Source: an uncultured Bacilli bacterium
GTDB taxonomy: Bacteria > Bacillota_I > Bacilli_A > RF39 > UBA660
Direction: 5' to 3'
DNA: 64,000 nt
Assembly: GCA_963931685.1 (NCBI GenBank)
Contig: OZ007038.1
Location: forward strand, 975,632 to 1,039,631
Below the pieces are notes generated by a model that was not told the origin of the DNA, ran no database searches, and worked only from the letters and a program-made list of their open reading frames with translations. Positions 28,317 to 38,071 of the stretch are shown here, one piece after another. Position numbers and translations under genes: made by a program. Numbering within the stretch: the stretch's first letter is position 1; each line of letters starts with the position of its first letter.

Positions 28317-31300
28317 TTAATTTGTAATAACATAAGGGTTACCAGAACTTCCATCACCTGTTAAGATGGTATCAGATGTTAGATATAGAGTTGGGGAAAC
28401 GCTGAGATAAAGAGACACGTATTCGTTGCTAAGCCTGCCGGCACTACTAGTATCGCCGGACACATAGAAGACCAAATAACTGGTACTGGCGTCAGGCGAA
28501 ATAGTCCATAAATAATTTTCCTGTGGAACAATATTATACATCCAATTTGTGGTTAAACATGTTGTATTATTTGTATTATTTAAACTATAATTTCCACATT
28601 GTTCTGTATTGGTATTTGCTCTTAAATATTCTGATGCAGTTATCATACCAATACTAGTAGCTTGAGACTGTTTTCCATTTTCTGAAATAATTTGGCCGGC
28701 TAAATCACTATTACCATATGTTACTCTACCTATACTCCAAGTATGAGGTACTATTTTATCTGCATTTGTAGTTATTGTTGGTAAATAAGTATCATTCAAA
28801 TATGTTTTTATATCTGATAGTTTCCATGCATTACTATTAGTTGCATCCCATATCTGATTTCCTATACTTTCGTTTCGAATTATTTTTATTGTATTATCTG
28901 CACCTATAGAAATTATTCTCCACATTTCATTATTAAAAGTTATATAGTTATTTGGATTGGCTCCTTTATATGTATATTTTCCTTCTTCATAAGTATCTTC
29001 ATATAATCCATCACCTTCAGAAACAACTAATTCTTTTAAATCTTCAGAAATTGTTCCTATTTTTACGCTATAACTGCTACTAAATGTATCTGTTCCTTTA
29101 GTAACTGTGGCGACTACTGAACCATTTGTTGTAAATTCGACAGCTACTGTTTGATTTGTTACATTTACTATTTTTTCATTATCCTTTTGATATGTGCATG
29201 TTAATGTACTTCCACATCCTTCTGGATAGTTAATATTTACCGTCTTTGGATTTGTTCCACTTTCAGAGAATGTTGGAATATATTTTGAATAATCTTCTAA
29301 CTGATATGGATTATTACTTGTTCCTTCTCCTCCAATTATTTTTATATTTGATTTTAAATATAATGAAGGTCTATAGTTATCAATTACATTAACAGAATTA
29401 CTATTAATCTGTCCAGATGCTTGAATGTTTCTTGAACTTGTTCCATTGCTTGCTGGAGAAAAAGTCCAATACTGTTTTCCTGTAAATAACCACGAGGTAC
29501 TTTTACATGTACTATAGTTCGTGTTTATTAAACTAAAATTTCCACATTTACTTGTATTAGTGTTTGATCTGATGTAATCACTAATATTTATTAAACCTAT
29601 TTTACCATTCCAAATAGTTCCATTTTCATCTGATATTTGTGTTCCTAAATTGGTGTTGTTCCATACTACTTCACCTATGCCAAAATTATGAGATGCAATT
29701 TGTGATTTTGCCGCACTTGTTAATGATGCATAATAATCTCCATTTAAATATGTATTAAGAGTTGCTGGTCTTGCCCAATTATTACTATTAGATGTATCCC
29801 AGGCTTTATTTGTTAAAATTTCGTTTCTAGTTATTTTTATTGAGCCATCTTTTTCTTTAGAAATTATTCTCCATAGTTCATCATTAAATTCTACATAATT
29901 ATTTGGGTTTGCTCCTTTATATACATATCTACCATCTTCATATGTATCTTCATATAAACCATCTCCAGTTGTTGTTATGTCATCTGTTATATCAATTCCT
30001 ACTTTTACATTATAACTACTACTTACTTCATTTGTTCCATCAGATGCTTTGGCTAGAAGTGTTCCATTATTAGTAAATTCTATGTCTACTGTTTTACTAG
30101 TTACTTCCATTTCTTCTCCATTATCTTTTTGGTATGTGCATGTTAATGTACTTCCACATCCTTCCGGATATGTGATTGTAACTGTTTTTGGTAATGTACC
30201 ACTTTCAGAGAATGTTGGTTTTTCTAGTTCTGGTAATGATACCCCATTTAAAATTTTGAATGGATCATCTGAAGTTCCACTTCCACTCAAAGTAGTATCA
30301 GATTTCAAAAAGACAACTGGGCGAGGAGCGACAGTACTATAGAGCGCACGAGCGTGGCGCACGCGCGCGTATGAACCACTAGCACTACCATACCAGGCGT
30401 AATGCGAACGACCACCAGACTCGTAAGAAGAAGCATTTATTGTCCAGTAATATAATGTACTTGCTCCTTTATCTAATAAGTAATTGCTATTACATTCATT
30501 AGTACCGTTATATGAAGTTGTGGCTGATGTACATAGTGGGTTTGTACTTGCTCTTAAGATATCTGATACGTTAGCTAGTCCTACATTTCCTGTCCATTGG
30601 TACATTTTCTCTCCTGCTATATTTTTTTCTATACTATCTGCTTCGGCTTCGCTTTCATTTAAATATTCTACTGCCCCTATATTAAATGGATGGCTTGTCA
30701 TTTGTCCTTTAGCTGTTTCATTTATATTATTTACATAGTAATCATCATTTAAATATATTTTGATACTTGAATCTTCGGTTACTGTTCCACTTTGTGATCC
30801 GCTAGGTGAAGAGAATGTTCCATCAACTGCTGCATATACTCCGCAGCTAGATGTATCAGCACAATAAGTAGAAGATGCTGTACGATTTTGATTGTCAAAG
30901 GCTCGGTCTGCTAAAACATCGTTTCTAATTATTTTATATGTTCCATCTGTTTCTTTAGCTATGATTCTCCATAGTTCATCATTAAACATTATATAGTTAT
31001 TTGGATTTTGGCCTCTATAAACATATCTACCTTCTTCATAAGCATCCTCATATAAGCCATCACCAGTAGTTGTAACATCATCTGTTATGTCTATTCCACT
31101 ACCAACTTGATCTTCAGCAGTTAATTCAGTTCCATTTGTTACCCTAACTTTGATATTATAATTTGTATCTGATTTTAAATTAGTAAATGTATAGACATTG
31201 TTATTTCCATTATCTATATAATTTCCATCATTTATTGAAAATTCATATTTACTTATTCCACTTTCATCATCGTGAGCGGCAACGACTACAGTAATTGAAT

Positions 31301-32099
31301 TTGAGGTTGTAGATGTTGATATATTATCTATAATTGGTGGAGTCGTATCTTTAGCTTTAAATATAGCATATAAAGTTATATCTGTATCTCCTACTGTTAA
31401 TTCTGTTAATACTTCTTTTGAATCTTTATCAGTATTCCATCCAGCAAAGTCATAGTTATCTTTTGTTCCAGTTTTAGTTAAGTCTACTGGTGTTCCAGTT
31501 ACTAAATATTCATTATTACTTGAACAGTCATTTCCTCCATTAGTGATGCAGTCATATGTTATTAAATGGGTATTTTCTGGAGGTGATGTTTCATCATTGT
31601 TTTGTCCATAATCAAAGTTTATTTCGACTTCACTTGAAGTTTCTTCCCCTTCATAGTTTGGATTATATTCTATTTTGACGTGTATTATTTTGATACTTTT
31701 TGATTTTAATATTTCTCCTTTGGTGTAACCTGTGAATGTTATATTAACAGCTTCACTATTTGAGTTTTCTAAGTTGGTTAATATATTATTTAATTTGGCA
31801 TCTATAGTTCCTTTATTTTCTATGGTGACGTCATATTCCATGGCATCACCTTTTTCATACAAATCTGCTTCCATTGAGGCTGTTAGAGCATCCCATTTAG
31901 GGGCGACTGTATTTTCGGCTGAACCTGTTGGGGTACCAGGGGTTACATTTGTTATTTCTATATCCCAATTACTTGTTACTTTAGAGGTTCCTGATATTTT
32001 AAGTTCTGTATTAAAGGCAGCATACCCTATTCCCATACAAAAAAGAATTCCTATTAAACTAAATATTACTATATTTCTTTTTTTCTTACTCCTATACAT
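28317..32099 (-). CDS. 1260-aa surface adhesin: GYAAF signal and TasA-like domain, InlB-B/Flg_new repeat, FN3-like domain, three DUF6273-like domains
   Basis: MGIGYAAFNTELKISGTSKVTSNWDI; YDFAGWNTD...ITLYAIF; DTTPP...YNIKVRVTN; three GxNPNNYxxFNxExWRII...xPxxxL...GxxxxPY units; PTFSESGTxPKT...CTYQKDN linker twice. Confidence 0.8.
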   Translation of the reverse strand: MYRSKKKRNIVIFSLIGILFCMGIGYAAFNTELKISGTSKVTSNWDIEITNVTPGTPTGSAENTVAPKWDALTASMEADLYEKGDAMEYDVTIENKGTIDAKLNNILTNLENSNSEAVNITFTGYTKGEILKSKSIKIIHVKIEYNPNYEGEETSSEVEINFDYGQNNDETSPPENTHLITYDCITNGGNDCSSNNEYLVTGTPVDLTKTGTKDNYDFAGWNTDKDSKEVLTELTVGDTDITLYAIFKAKDTTPPIIDNISTSTTSNSITVVVAAHDDESGISKYEFSINDGNYIDNGNNNVYTFTNLKSDTNYNIKVRVTNGTELTAEDQVGSGIDITDDVTTTGDGLYEDAYEEGRYVYRGQNPNNYIMFNDELWRIIAKETDGTYKIIRNDVLADRAFDNQNRTASSTYCADTSSCGVYAAVDGTFSSPSGSQSGTVTEDSSIKIYLNDDYYVNNINETAKGQMTSHPFNIGAVEYLNESEAEADSIEKNIAGEKMYQWTGNVGLANVSDILRASTNPLCTSATTSYNGTNECNSNYLLDKGASTLYYWTINASSYESGGRSHYAWYGSASGSYARVRHARALYSTVAPRPVVFLKSDTTLSGSGTSDDPFKILNGVSLPELEKPTFSESGTLPKTVTITYPEGCGSTLTCTYQKDNGEEMEVTSKTVDIEFTNNGTLLAKASDGTNEVSSSYNVKVGIDITDDITTTGDGLYEDTYEDGRYVYKGANPNNYVEFNDELWRIISKEKDGSIKITRNEILTNKAWDTSNSNNWARPATLNTYLNGDYYASLTSAAKSQIASHNFGIGEVVWNNTNLGTQISDENGTIWNGKIGLINISDYIRSNTNTSKCGNFSLINTNYSTCKSTSWLFTGKQYWTFSPASNGTSSRNIQASGQINSNSVNVIDNYRPSLYLKSNIKIIGGEGTSNNPYQLEDYSKYIPTFSESGTNPKTVNINYPEGCGSTLTCTYQKDNEKIVNVTNQTVAVEFTTNGSVVATVTKGTDTFSSSYSVKIGTISEDLKELVVSEGDGLYEDTYEEGKYTYKGANPNNYITFNNEMWRIISIGADNTIKIIRNESIGNQIWDATNSNAWKLSDIKTYLNDTYLPTITTNADKIVPHTWSIGRVTYGNSDLAGQIISENGKQSQATSIGMITASEYLRANTNTEQCGNYSLNNTNNTTCLTTNWMYNIVPQENYLWTISPDASTSYLVFYVSGDTSSAGRLSNEYVSLYLSVSPTLYLTSDTILTGDGSSGNPYVITN
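28385..28510 (-). other. Putative DGR variable region in the third domain
   Basis: 28401-28500 hand count: 50% GC, 19% coding-strand A; mostly NNC/NNT codons between WTISP and PTLYL. Confidence 0.6.
30310..30435 (-). other. Putative DGR variable region in the first domain
   Basis: 30321-30420 hand count: 60% GC, 11% coding-strand A; NNY codons with interspersed TCG/TGG/GCG/GTG between YWTIN and RPVVFL. Confidence 0.65.
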
Positions 32100-32206
32100 T
32101 TTATCTACTCCTTTATTTTCTATATTATAGTCTTTTATACTTTAATTTTATCCAACAGTTCCGAAAAAGTCAATGATTAGCATTTTTCTATTTACAATGA
32201 ATTTAG

Positions 32207-32688
32207 GTGAGTTACTGTATGCTAATAAAGTTTAAAAGAATTGATGACTTAAGGAATGATAATGATTTAAAAATAAGAGAAATCGCAAATATTTTAGGAA
32301 TAAGTATTGATAATTATTTTGATTATGCAAATGGTAGAAGTAATTTTCCATTAGATAAATTAAATATACTAGCAAATTATTTTAAAGTAAGTTTTGATTA
32401 TATTACTGGTCTTTCTGATGTAAAGGAAAAATATGATGGTAATATTAATATTGGTACTTTAAAAAAAGAATTAAAGAGATACGGATTCAAAAGGGATTCT
32501 CACAGGAAAAAGTGGCACGCATTATTGGTGATAAACAATCTACTTACTGGAATTATGAGAGTGGTAATTCTATTATTCCTATTTCAAAACTTTATTTACT
32601 AGCAAAATTTTACAATATTTCTATAGATTATTTTGTCGGAAAAACTGGTGATAAAAATATACAAAAAAGGAGAAAAGTTTCTAACTAA
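32207..32688 (+). CDS. Tandem XRE-family HTH regulator split by a -1 frameshift at the A7 tract (32461-32467)
   Basis: HTH1 in 32207-32460; the -1 frame from 32467 reads RIKEIRIQKGFSQEKVARIIGDKQSTYWNYESGNSIIPISKLYLLAKFYNISIDYFVG...VSN, stop at 32686-32688. Confidence 0.75.
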
Positions 32689-32694
32689 TCTCCT

Positions 32695-32901
32695 TTATTT
32701 ATTATGATACATTGTTTGAATCAATGTTTTTTTATTATTATTCATTTGATTCGTTTTTAGTTGTTTACATTGCATAGCTGTAATACCTGCAGTTTCAATT
32801 ATCATACCTGCACAAAATGTTGTACTATCAGCATTTAGCACACCATGTGTGATTGCTAAAGCTCCTGCAAAAATTGTAATTTTATCACTTATTGTATTCA
32901 T
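32695..32901 (-). CDS. Small hypothetical protein
   Basis: MNTISDKITIFAGALAIT...; GAGG RBS before ATG 32901; overlaps the end of trmK. Confidence 0.5.
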   Translation of the reverse strand: MNTISDKITIFAGALAITHGVLNADSTTFCAGMIIETAGITAMQCKQLKTNQMNNNKKTLIQTMYHNK

Positions 32902-33355
32902 TTGTTCCTCCTTTATATTTTGCACATATAATATCATATGTTTTTCCATCTTCAATAATTACTTCTTTTTCTATATAATATTTTTTTGATTTTAAGAATT
33001 CTTTTAGTTCGTCAATATTTGTATGACTAGATAATATTAAGTCATTTGTAATATTAAAATTTAAAATTTTAATTATATTACGTGTTCCCATACCACTTAT
33101 AACAATTATTTCGTTATTAAGCTTTATATTATTTAAACCATCATTGGTAACAGCTATAATATTTGCTTCATATTTTTTGGCGTTTTCTATTGCTGTTTTT
33201 GTACAAAATTTTGATTTATCAATTGCGAGACATTCACAGTTTTTATATTTATTTAAATAGATGTCTAAAAAGGCGTGGTCGGAACCAACGTCTATTATTT
33301 TACTATTTGGATTTATTAAATCACTGATAGCTTGCAATCTTTTAGATAATTTCAT
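32885..33355 (-). CDS. trmK: tRNA (adenine22-N1)-methyltransferase, short form
   Basis: MKLSKRLQAI, IDVGSDHAFL, NDGL, ISGMG; conserved position after sigA. Confidence 0.8.
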   Translation of the reverse strand: MKLSKRLQAISDLINPNSKIIDVGSDHAFLDIYLNKYKNCECLAIDKSKFCTKTAIENAKKYEANIIAVTNDGLNNIKLNNEIIVISGMGTRNIIKILNFNITNDLILSSHTNIDELKEFLKSKKYYIEKEVIIEDGKTYDIICAKYKGGTNEYNK

Positions 33356-34429
33356 TTAATCACCTAAGTAATCTTTTAATTTTCTACTTCTAGATGGATG
33401 ACGTAATTTTCTTAGTGCTTTAGCTTCAATTTGTCTAATACGTTCACGGGTAACACCAAATAACTGGCCAACTTCTTCTAAGGTTCTAGGTCTTCCATCT
33501 TCTAAGCCGAATCTTAATCTGATTACTTTTTCTTCTCTTTCAGTTAGGGTTAATAAAACTTCTGATATTTCATCTTTTAATAGTTCATTAACTGCGAAAT
33601 CTTCTGGACTCATATTGGTTTCATCTGGGATGAAATCTCCTAAATGAGAGTCATCTTCTTCTCCAATTGGAATCTCTAAACTAACTGGCTCTTGAGATAT
33701 TTTATAAATATCTCTAATTTTTTCTACACTTGTTCCCATCTTCTTAGATAGTTCTTCTTCTGTTGGTTCTCTATTTAACTCTAGTGTTAATTGTCTTTCT
33801 ACTCTAGCTAATTTATTTATTGTTTCTACCATGTGAACTGGAACTCTTATTGTTCTTGCTTGGTCGGCAATGGCTCTTGTTATTGCTTGTCTAATCCACC
33901 ATGTAGCATATGTTGAAAATTTATATCCTTTGGTAACATCAAATTTTTCAACGGCTTTCATTAATCCTATATTTCCTTCTTGAATTAAGTCCAAAAATAG
34001 CATTCCTCTTCCAACATATCTTTTAGCAATACTAACGACTAAACGTAAATTAGCTTCAGCTAATGTAGCTTTGGCCTGTTCATCACCGGCAGTAATTCTA
34101 TCAGCTAATTCCAATTCTTCTTCGGTGGTTAACAATTTTATTTGACCAATTTCTTTTAAATACATTCTTACAGGGTCATTAATAGTTAAATCTTTTGTTA
34201 ATAGTTCATTACTAACACCACTAGGGTCTTCATCATCTTCTTCGTTTTCTGAAACAACACTAATATTGTTTTCACTTAAGGTGTTATATAAATCATCTAA
34301 TGAATCAGCATCCAATTCTAAATTTTTTAATTTTTCTGCTAATTCTTCATAGGTAATACTTCCCTTTTTTTTACCTAATTCGATTAGTTCTTTTTTTCTC
34401 TCTTCAAAAGTTTTCATTTCTTCAAACAT
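33356..34429 (-). CDS. rpoD: Primary sigma factor SigA/RpoD
   Basis: [73 protein letters not shown]. Confidence 0.98.
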   Translation of the reverse strand: MFEEMKTFEERKKELIELGKKKGSITYEELAEKLKNLELDADSLDDLYNTLSENNISVVSENEEDDEDPSGVSNELLTKDLTINDPVRMYLKEIGQIKLLTTEEELELADRITAGDEQAKATLAEANLRLVVSIAKRYVGRGMLFLDLIQEGNIGLMKAVEKFDVTKGYKFSTYATWWIRQAITRAIADQARTIRVPVHMVETINKLARVERQLTLELNREPTEEELSKKMGTSVEKIRDIYKISQEPVSLEIPIGEEDDSHLGDFIPDETNMSPEDFAVNELLKDEISEVLLTLTEREEKVIRLRFGLEDGRPRTLEEVGQLFGVTRERIRQIEAKALRKLRHPSRSRKLKDYLGD

Positions 34430-36152
34430 TCATAACACTCCTTTTTAATCCAACAATTTCCTCAGCTATTTTAGCCTTATCTAATGGGTCTGTCAAGTTT
34501 TTCATCTTATTTGTAAGTCTTTTTATTTCTTCTTTAACATTATAATCTCTTATTACATTAATATAATCTTCAATTTCTTCTAAAGTATAAGTTTCTTTGG
34601 TGTTGTTTTTATTTATTTTACTAATTGTTGTCATAAGGTCTTCATCACATTCAATATAATCAATAAAGTCGGCTTCGTTAATAAAACCAAAGTTTTTATA
34701 GAAACTACTTATTTCTCTAGCAAGCATACGGTATTCTTTGTTTGGAATATAAGTTACTTTATTATTATACATGGTAATGACTTCTGGACTTTTAAGCATA
34801 TAATATACTAAACCACTTTCAGCTTTTTCATATTTGGTTGTTAAAACTTTGTTTTCTGTTTTTTTAGGTTTAATTTGCTTTATTTCTTTTTTCTCGAGGT
34901 GTTTTCTAATTAAATCTTCATCAATATCCATTTCAGTAGCTACTTTTTTAATAGTTAAATCTTTTAAAATTTCATCATCGATTTTGTTTAATTCGGTTAT
35001 TAGTTCACTGATATATTTTGCGCCATCAACACTACTTGTTAAATCTTTTCCCTTTTTTAAATAAGATAATTTAAAATCCATAATATTTATTGGATTGTCA
35101 ATCTTTTTTTGAAAGGCTTCTTTACCATATTTTTGAATGTATTCATCAGGATCTAGGTTATCTTCAAGTCTTATTACTTTTGGAGTTACTCCTATTTTTA
35201 ATAGTTCGTTAGAACATGACATTGTTGCTTTGGCACCAGCTTCATCACCGTCAAAACATAATATTATTTCTTTAGCCATTCTTTTTATTAAATTTGCTTG
35301 AACTTCGGTTACTGCTGTTCCCATGGTAGCCACTACATTTTTAACTCCTATGGTGTAAGCTCTAATGACATCCATAAAACCTTCCATTATAAGAACTTTA
35401 TTTTTTCTTCTAGCTTCATCTTTAGCCCTATGGTAATTATATAAAAGTTCACCTTTTTTAAATATCTCTGTTTCAATGGTGTTAAAATACTTTGAATTAT
35501 CTTGTCTATTATATATTCGTCCGCTATAAGCTACAGGATTACCATCTAAATCATAAAGTGGGAACATTATTCTTTCATAAAATAAATCATAATATCCATA
35601 GTCATTTTTACCAACTAAGCCACTTTTTAAAACATCTTCTGGCTTAAATTTTTTTATTAATATTTTAGATAATGTATCTTTTTTTAAAGCTAATCCTATT
35701 TGAAATTCTTTAATAATATCTTCACTTATATTTCTTTTGTTTAAATATTCTTTGGCTTCTCTTCCCTGAGCTGTATTTAAATTATTAATATAAAATTTTA
35801 GACTTAAATCATATATTTGATGTAATTCTGTATTGGTCTTTTTTTTATGAATCTTACCTATGTTGACAGCTATTCCGCCTAAATCAGCGACTTTTTTTAC
35901 TGCTTCCATAAATGAAATGTTTTCATAGTCCATGATAAATTTAAAAACGGTTCCAGTTGCACCACAAGAGAAACATTTGTAAATTTGTCTGGACGGGCTT
36001 ACACTCATAGATGGATTTGTGTCATCATGAAATGGACAAACTCCAAAATAGTTTTTTCCTTTTGGCGTAAGTGGTATGTAAGAGGAGATAACATCTACAA
36101 TGTTAACACTATTTCTTATTTCATTTATTTTTTCTTGACTAAGTGTATTCAT
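34422..36152 (-). CDS. dnaG: DNA primase
   Basis: [10 protein letters not shown]...CFSC zinc finger, [24 protein letters not shown] (TOPRIM); start placed at MNTLSQ (36152). Confidence 0.96.
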   Translation of the reverse strand: MNTLSQEKINEIRNSVNIVDVISSYIPLTPKGKNYFGVCPFHDDTNPSMSVSPSRQIYKCFSCGATGTVFKFIMDYENISFMEAVKKVADLGGIAVNIGKIHKKKTNTELHQIYDLSLKFYINNLNTAQGREAKEYLNKRNISEDIIKEFQIGLALKKDTLSKILIKKFKPEDVLKSGLVGKNDYGYYDLFYERIMFPLYDLDGNPVAYSGRIYNRQDNSKYFNTIETEIFKKGELLYNYHRAKDEARRKNKVLIMEGFMDVIRAYTIGVKNVVATMGTAVTEVQANLIKRMAKEIILCFDGDEAGAKATMSCSNELLKIGVTPKVIRLEDNLDPDEYIQKYGKEAFQKKIDNPINIMDFKLSYLKKGKDLTSSVDGAKYISELITELNKIDDEILKDLTIKKVATEMDIDEDLIRKHLEKKEIKQIKPKKTENKVLTTKYEKAESGLVYYMLKSPEVITMYNNKVTYIPNKEYRMLAREISSFYKNFGFINEADFIDYIECDEDLMTTISKINKNNTKETYTLEEIEDYINVIRDYNVKEEIKRLTNKMKNLTDPLDKAKIAEEIVGLKRSVMNV

Positions 36153-36281
36153 GAAAATTCCTCCCCTATATATTAATATACGATTTTTTTTGCTTATTTC
36201 CTTTTTTTTTCGTAAAAAAGTTGCAAAAAAGTATATTTTTTTGAAAAACCACATATAATATTCTTAAAATGAGGCGATTTT

Positions 36282-36815
36282 ATGACTCTAAAGAAAATAA
36301 AAATGATTAGTATTTTTGGCATGTTTGCTTTATGTTTTTTAACACATTTTTTGTATAACTGGTTTCCAAATTCTTTGTTTAGTATATTTTTCCCCGTTAA
36401 TGAAAGTATTTGGGAGCATATGAAAATGATGACTAGTAGTATTTTAATTTGGAGTATTTTAGAGTATTTTCTTTATAAAAAATATAGAGTAAATCACAAT
36501 AATTTTGTTTTGAGTTTATTTTTAGAAATTACTTTATCTATTATTATTTTTTTAATTATATATTTACCAATATATCATTTTACTGGTTCTATTTTTATTT
36601 TAAATTTAATTACCTTATTTATAAGTTTATATTTTGTGAATGTGATAAGTTATTATATTTTAAATCTAAGGCCACTTCATAAGGAGATTTTAGCTATAAT
36701 TGGAGTTATTTTGCTTTATATTATTTTTGGTATTTTAACATATAACCCACCTTATAATTATATATTTTTTGATAAGGTGGAAAATAAATATGGCATTAAT
36801 ATTTATGAACTTTGA
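36282..36815 (+). CDS. DUF6512-like integral membrane protein
   Basis: LTHFLYNW...FFPVNESIWEHMKM motif; five TM helices. Confidence 0.65.
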   Translation: MTLKKIKMISIFGMFALCFLTHFLYNWFPNSLFSIFFPVNESIWEHMKMMTSSILIWSILEYFLYKKYRVNHNNFVLSLFLEITLSIIIFLIIYLPIYHFTGSIFILNLITLFISLYFVNVISYYILNLRPLHKEILAIIGVILLYIIFGILTYNPPYNYIFFDKVENKYGINIYEL

Positions 36816-37216
36816 GTAAATATACTAGATATTTTTTTGTGATAGTTTAATTGTTCGGCAGCGGTTAAATAAGCCTCTTCTTTGGTGCATATTGTATATA
36901 TAATATCACCTGGAATATATACTTTATAGCCACCTTCTTTATTTAAACCTATTTTGTTTTTAGTTAATAATTCCTCAACATAAGGTGTATTTTCATCCCC
37001 TACTTTAATTACAATATTATTTAATTTTAATGATTTATATGGGGTTATTTTAAATAGATGAAAAGTATAGGAGGGCTTTAGTTTTTTCTTTCTAGATTCT
37101 ATTTCCAATAGTTCAATTGGAATGGTCGCATATTGTGATTTTGATGTCATTTTACATTCCTCCTGCTTCTGTGTAGTTATTATATACAGATGCTTTTTTT
37201 TGTCAATTGGTTTCAC
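36803..37216 (-). CDS. Hypothetical protein (start probably about 37150)
   Basis: Open frame with GGAGG RBS before MTSKSQ; family not recognised. Confidence 0.5.
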   Translation of the reverse strand: MKPIDKKKHLYIITTQKQEECKMTSKSQYATIPIELLEIESRKKKLKPSYTFHLFKITPYKSLKLNNIVIKVGDENTPYVEELLTKNKIGLNKEGGYKVYIPGDIIYTICTKEEAYLTAAEQLNYHKKISSIFTQSS

Positions 37217-37246
37217 ATTAATTTCTAAAAAATGTCAGAAAACAAG

Positions 37247-37543
37247 GTTACTATTCACAGACTAATATATAAAAGCACAGAAAAATAGCGAATATCTCCA
37301 CTATTTTTCTGTGCTTAGTTTTCATCATTCAAAATTTCTTCTAAAGTAAAAGGTACACTTATTGATAGTCTAAATAGTGCATACATAAGATTTATACCAT
37401 TTCTATAGCTTGTTTATATGTATGTCTTTATATTGGCATAGTCCATATCTCTATCAATATTTTTAAATTGTCCAGATACTTTTTGATTAGTCTTACTAGA
37501 TCTAGGTGAACGTTCGTTACTATTCCGGGTTGTGAATAGTAAC
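37247..37543 (-). mobile_element. Internally deleted IS66-family-like element (297 bp) with both terminal inverted repeats
   Basis: 13-bp perfect IR gttactattcaca/tgtgaatagtaac; interior encodes NERSPRSSKTNQKVSGQFK...YANIKTYI*TSYRNGINLMYALFRL, resembling an IS66 TnpC C-terminus; internal hairpin at about 37272-37316; no target-site duplication seen. Confidence 0.7.
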
Positions 37544-37548
37544 TTCAA

Positions 37549-37579
37549 AAAAAATTTACACACTAATCTTGACAAGACC
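37549..37579 (-). mobile_element. IS256-like terminal remnant (31 bp)
   Basis: GGTCTTGTCAAGATTAGTGTGTAAATTTTTT on the minus strand, identical to 28264-28294. Confidence 0.5.
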
Positions 37580-37582
37580 CTT

Positions 37583-37699
37583 TTAGGTACCTGATATTTT
37601 AAGTTCTGTATTAAAAGCGGCATATCCTATTGCCATACAAAATAAAATTCCTATTAAACTAAATATTACTATATTTCTTTTCTTTTTGCTTCTATGCAT
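37583..37699 (-). pseudogene. Truncated 5' stub of a paralog of the 1260-aa adhesin
   Basis: MHRSKKKRNIVIFSLIGILFCMAIGYAAFNTELKISGT* (38 aa), 36 of 38 identical to the adhesin N-terminus; ends just before the IS256-like end. Confidence 0.85.
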
Positions 37700-37853
37700 A
37701 ATACTTCACCTCTATTTTAAATTATAATTATTCCAATTATTAGATATTGTCGTATTTTCCTATTATTAATTATAAATTATTTATAGGGGTAATGCAAGTA
37801 TCTTATTTATATTTACCATATCATATACAATTTTGGTGGAAAGTGGTGAATAA

Positions 37854-38069
37854 ATGGTAAATGTAAATATTGAGGAAGTACTAAAAAAGAAAAAAAGGAG
37901 CAAATATTGGTTATGTCAAAAGATGAATATTACTTCAAGAAATTTAAATAGGATTATTAGAGGGGAAACGACTTCTATTTCTTTTAAATATATAGAAGAG
38001 TTTTGTTTATATTTGAACTGCAGTCCTGGAGAGTTATTTACAATAAAGCCTAGTTTAGTAAAAAACTAG
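37854..38069 (+). CDS. Cro/C1-type HTH transcriptional regulator
   Basis: SKYWLCQKMNITSRNLNRIIRGETTSISF...LNCSPGELF. Confidence 0.85.
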   Translation: MVNVNIEEVLKKKKRSKYWLCQKMNITSRNLNRIIRGETTSISFKYIEEFCLYLNCSPGELFTIKPSLVKN

Positions 38070-38071
38070 GC

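Noticed and set aside
32885-33355. trmK as a pseudogene because it is short
   Set aside because: The SAM-binding motifs are intact, the frame is clean and it is coupled to its neighbours; a compact form is more likely.
37414-37623. 69-aa ORF from the track
   Set aside because: It is a chimeric frame crossing the adhesin stub, the IS256-like end and the IS66 fragment; only the IS66-like part is meaningful.
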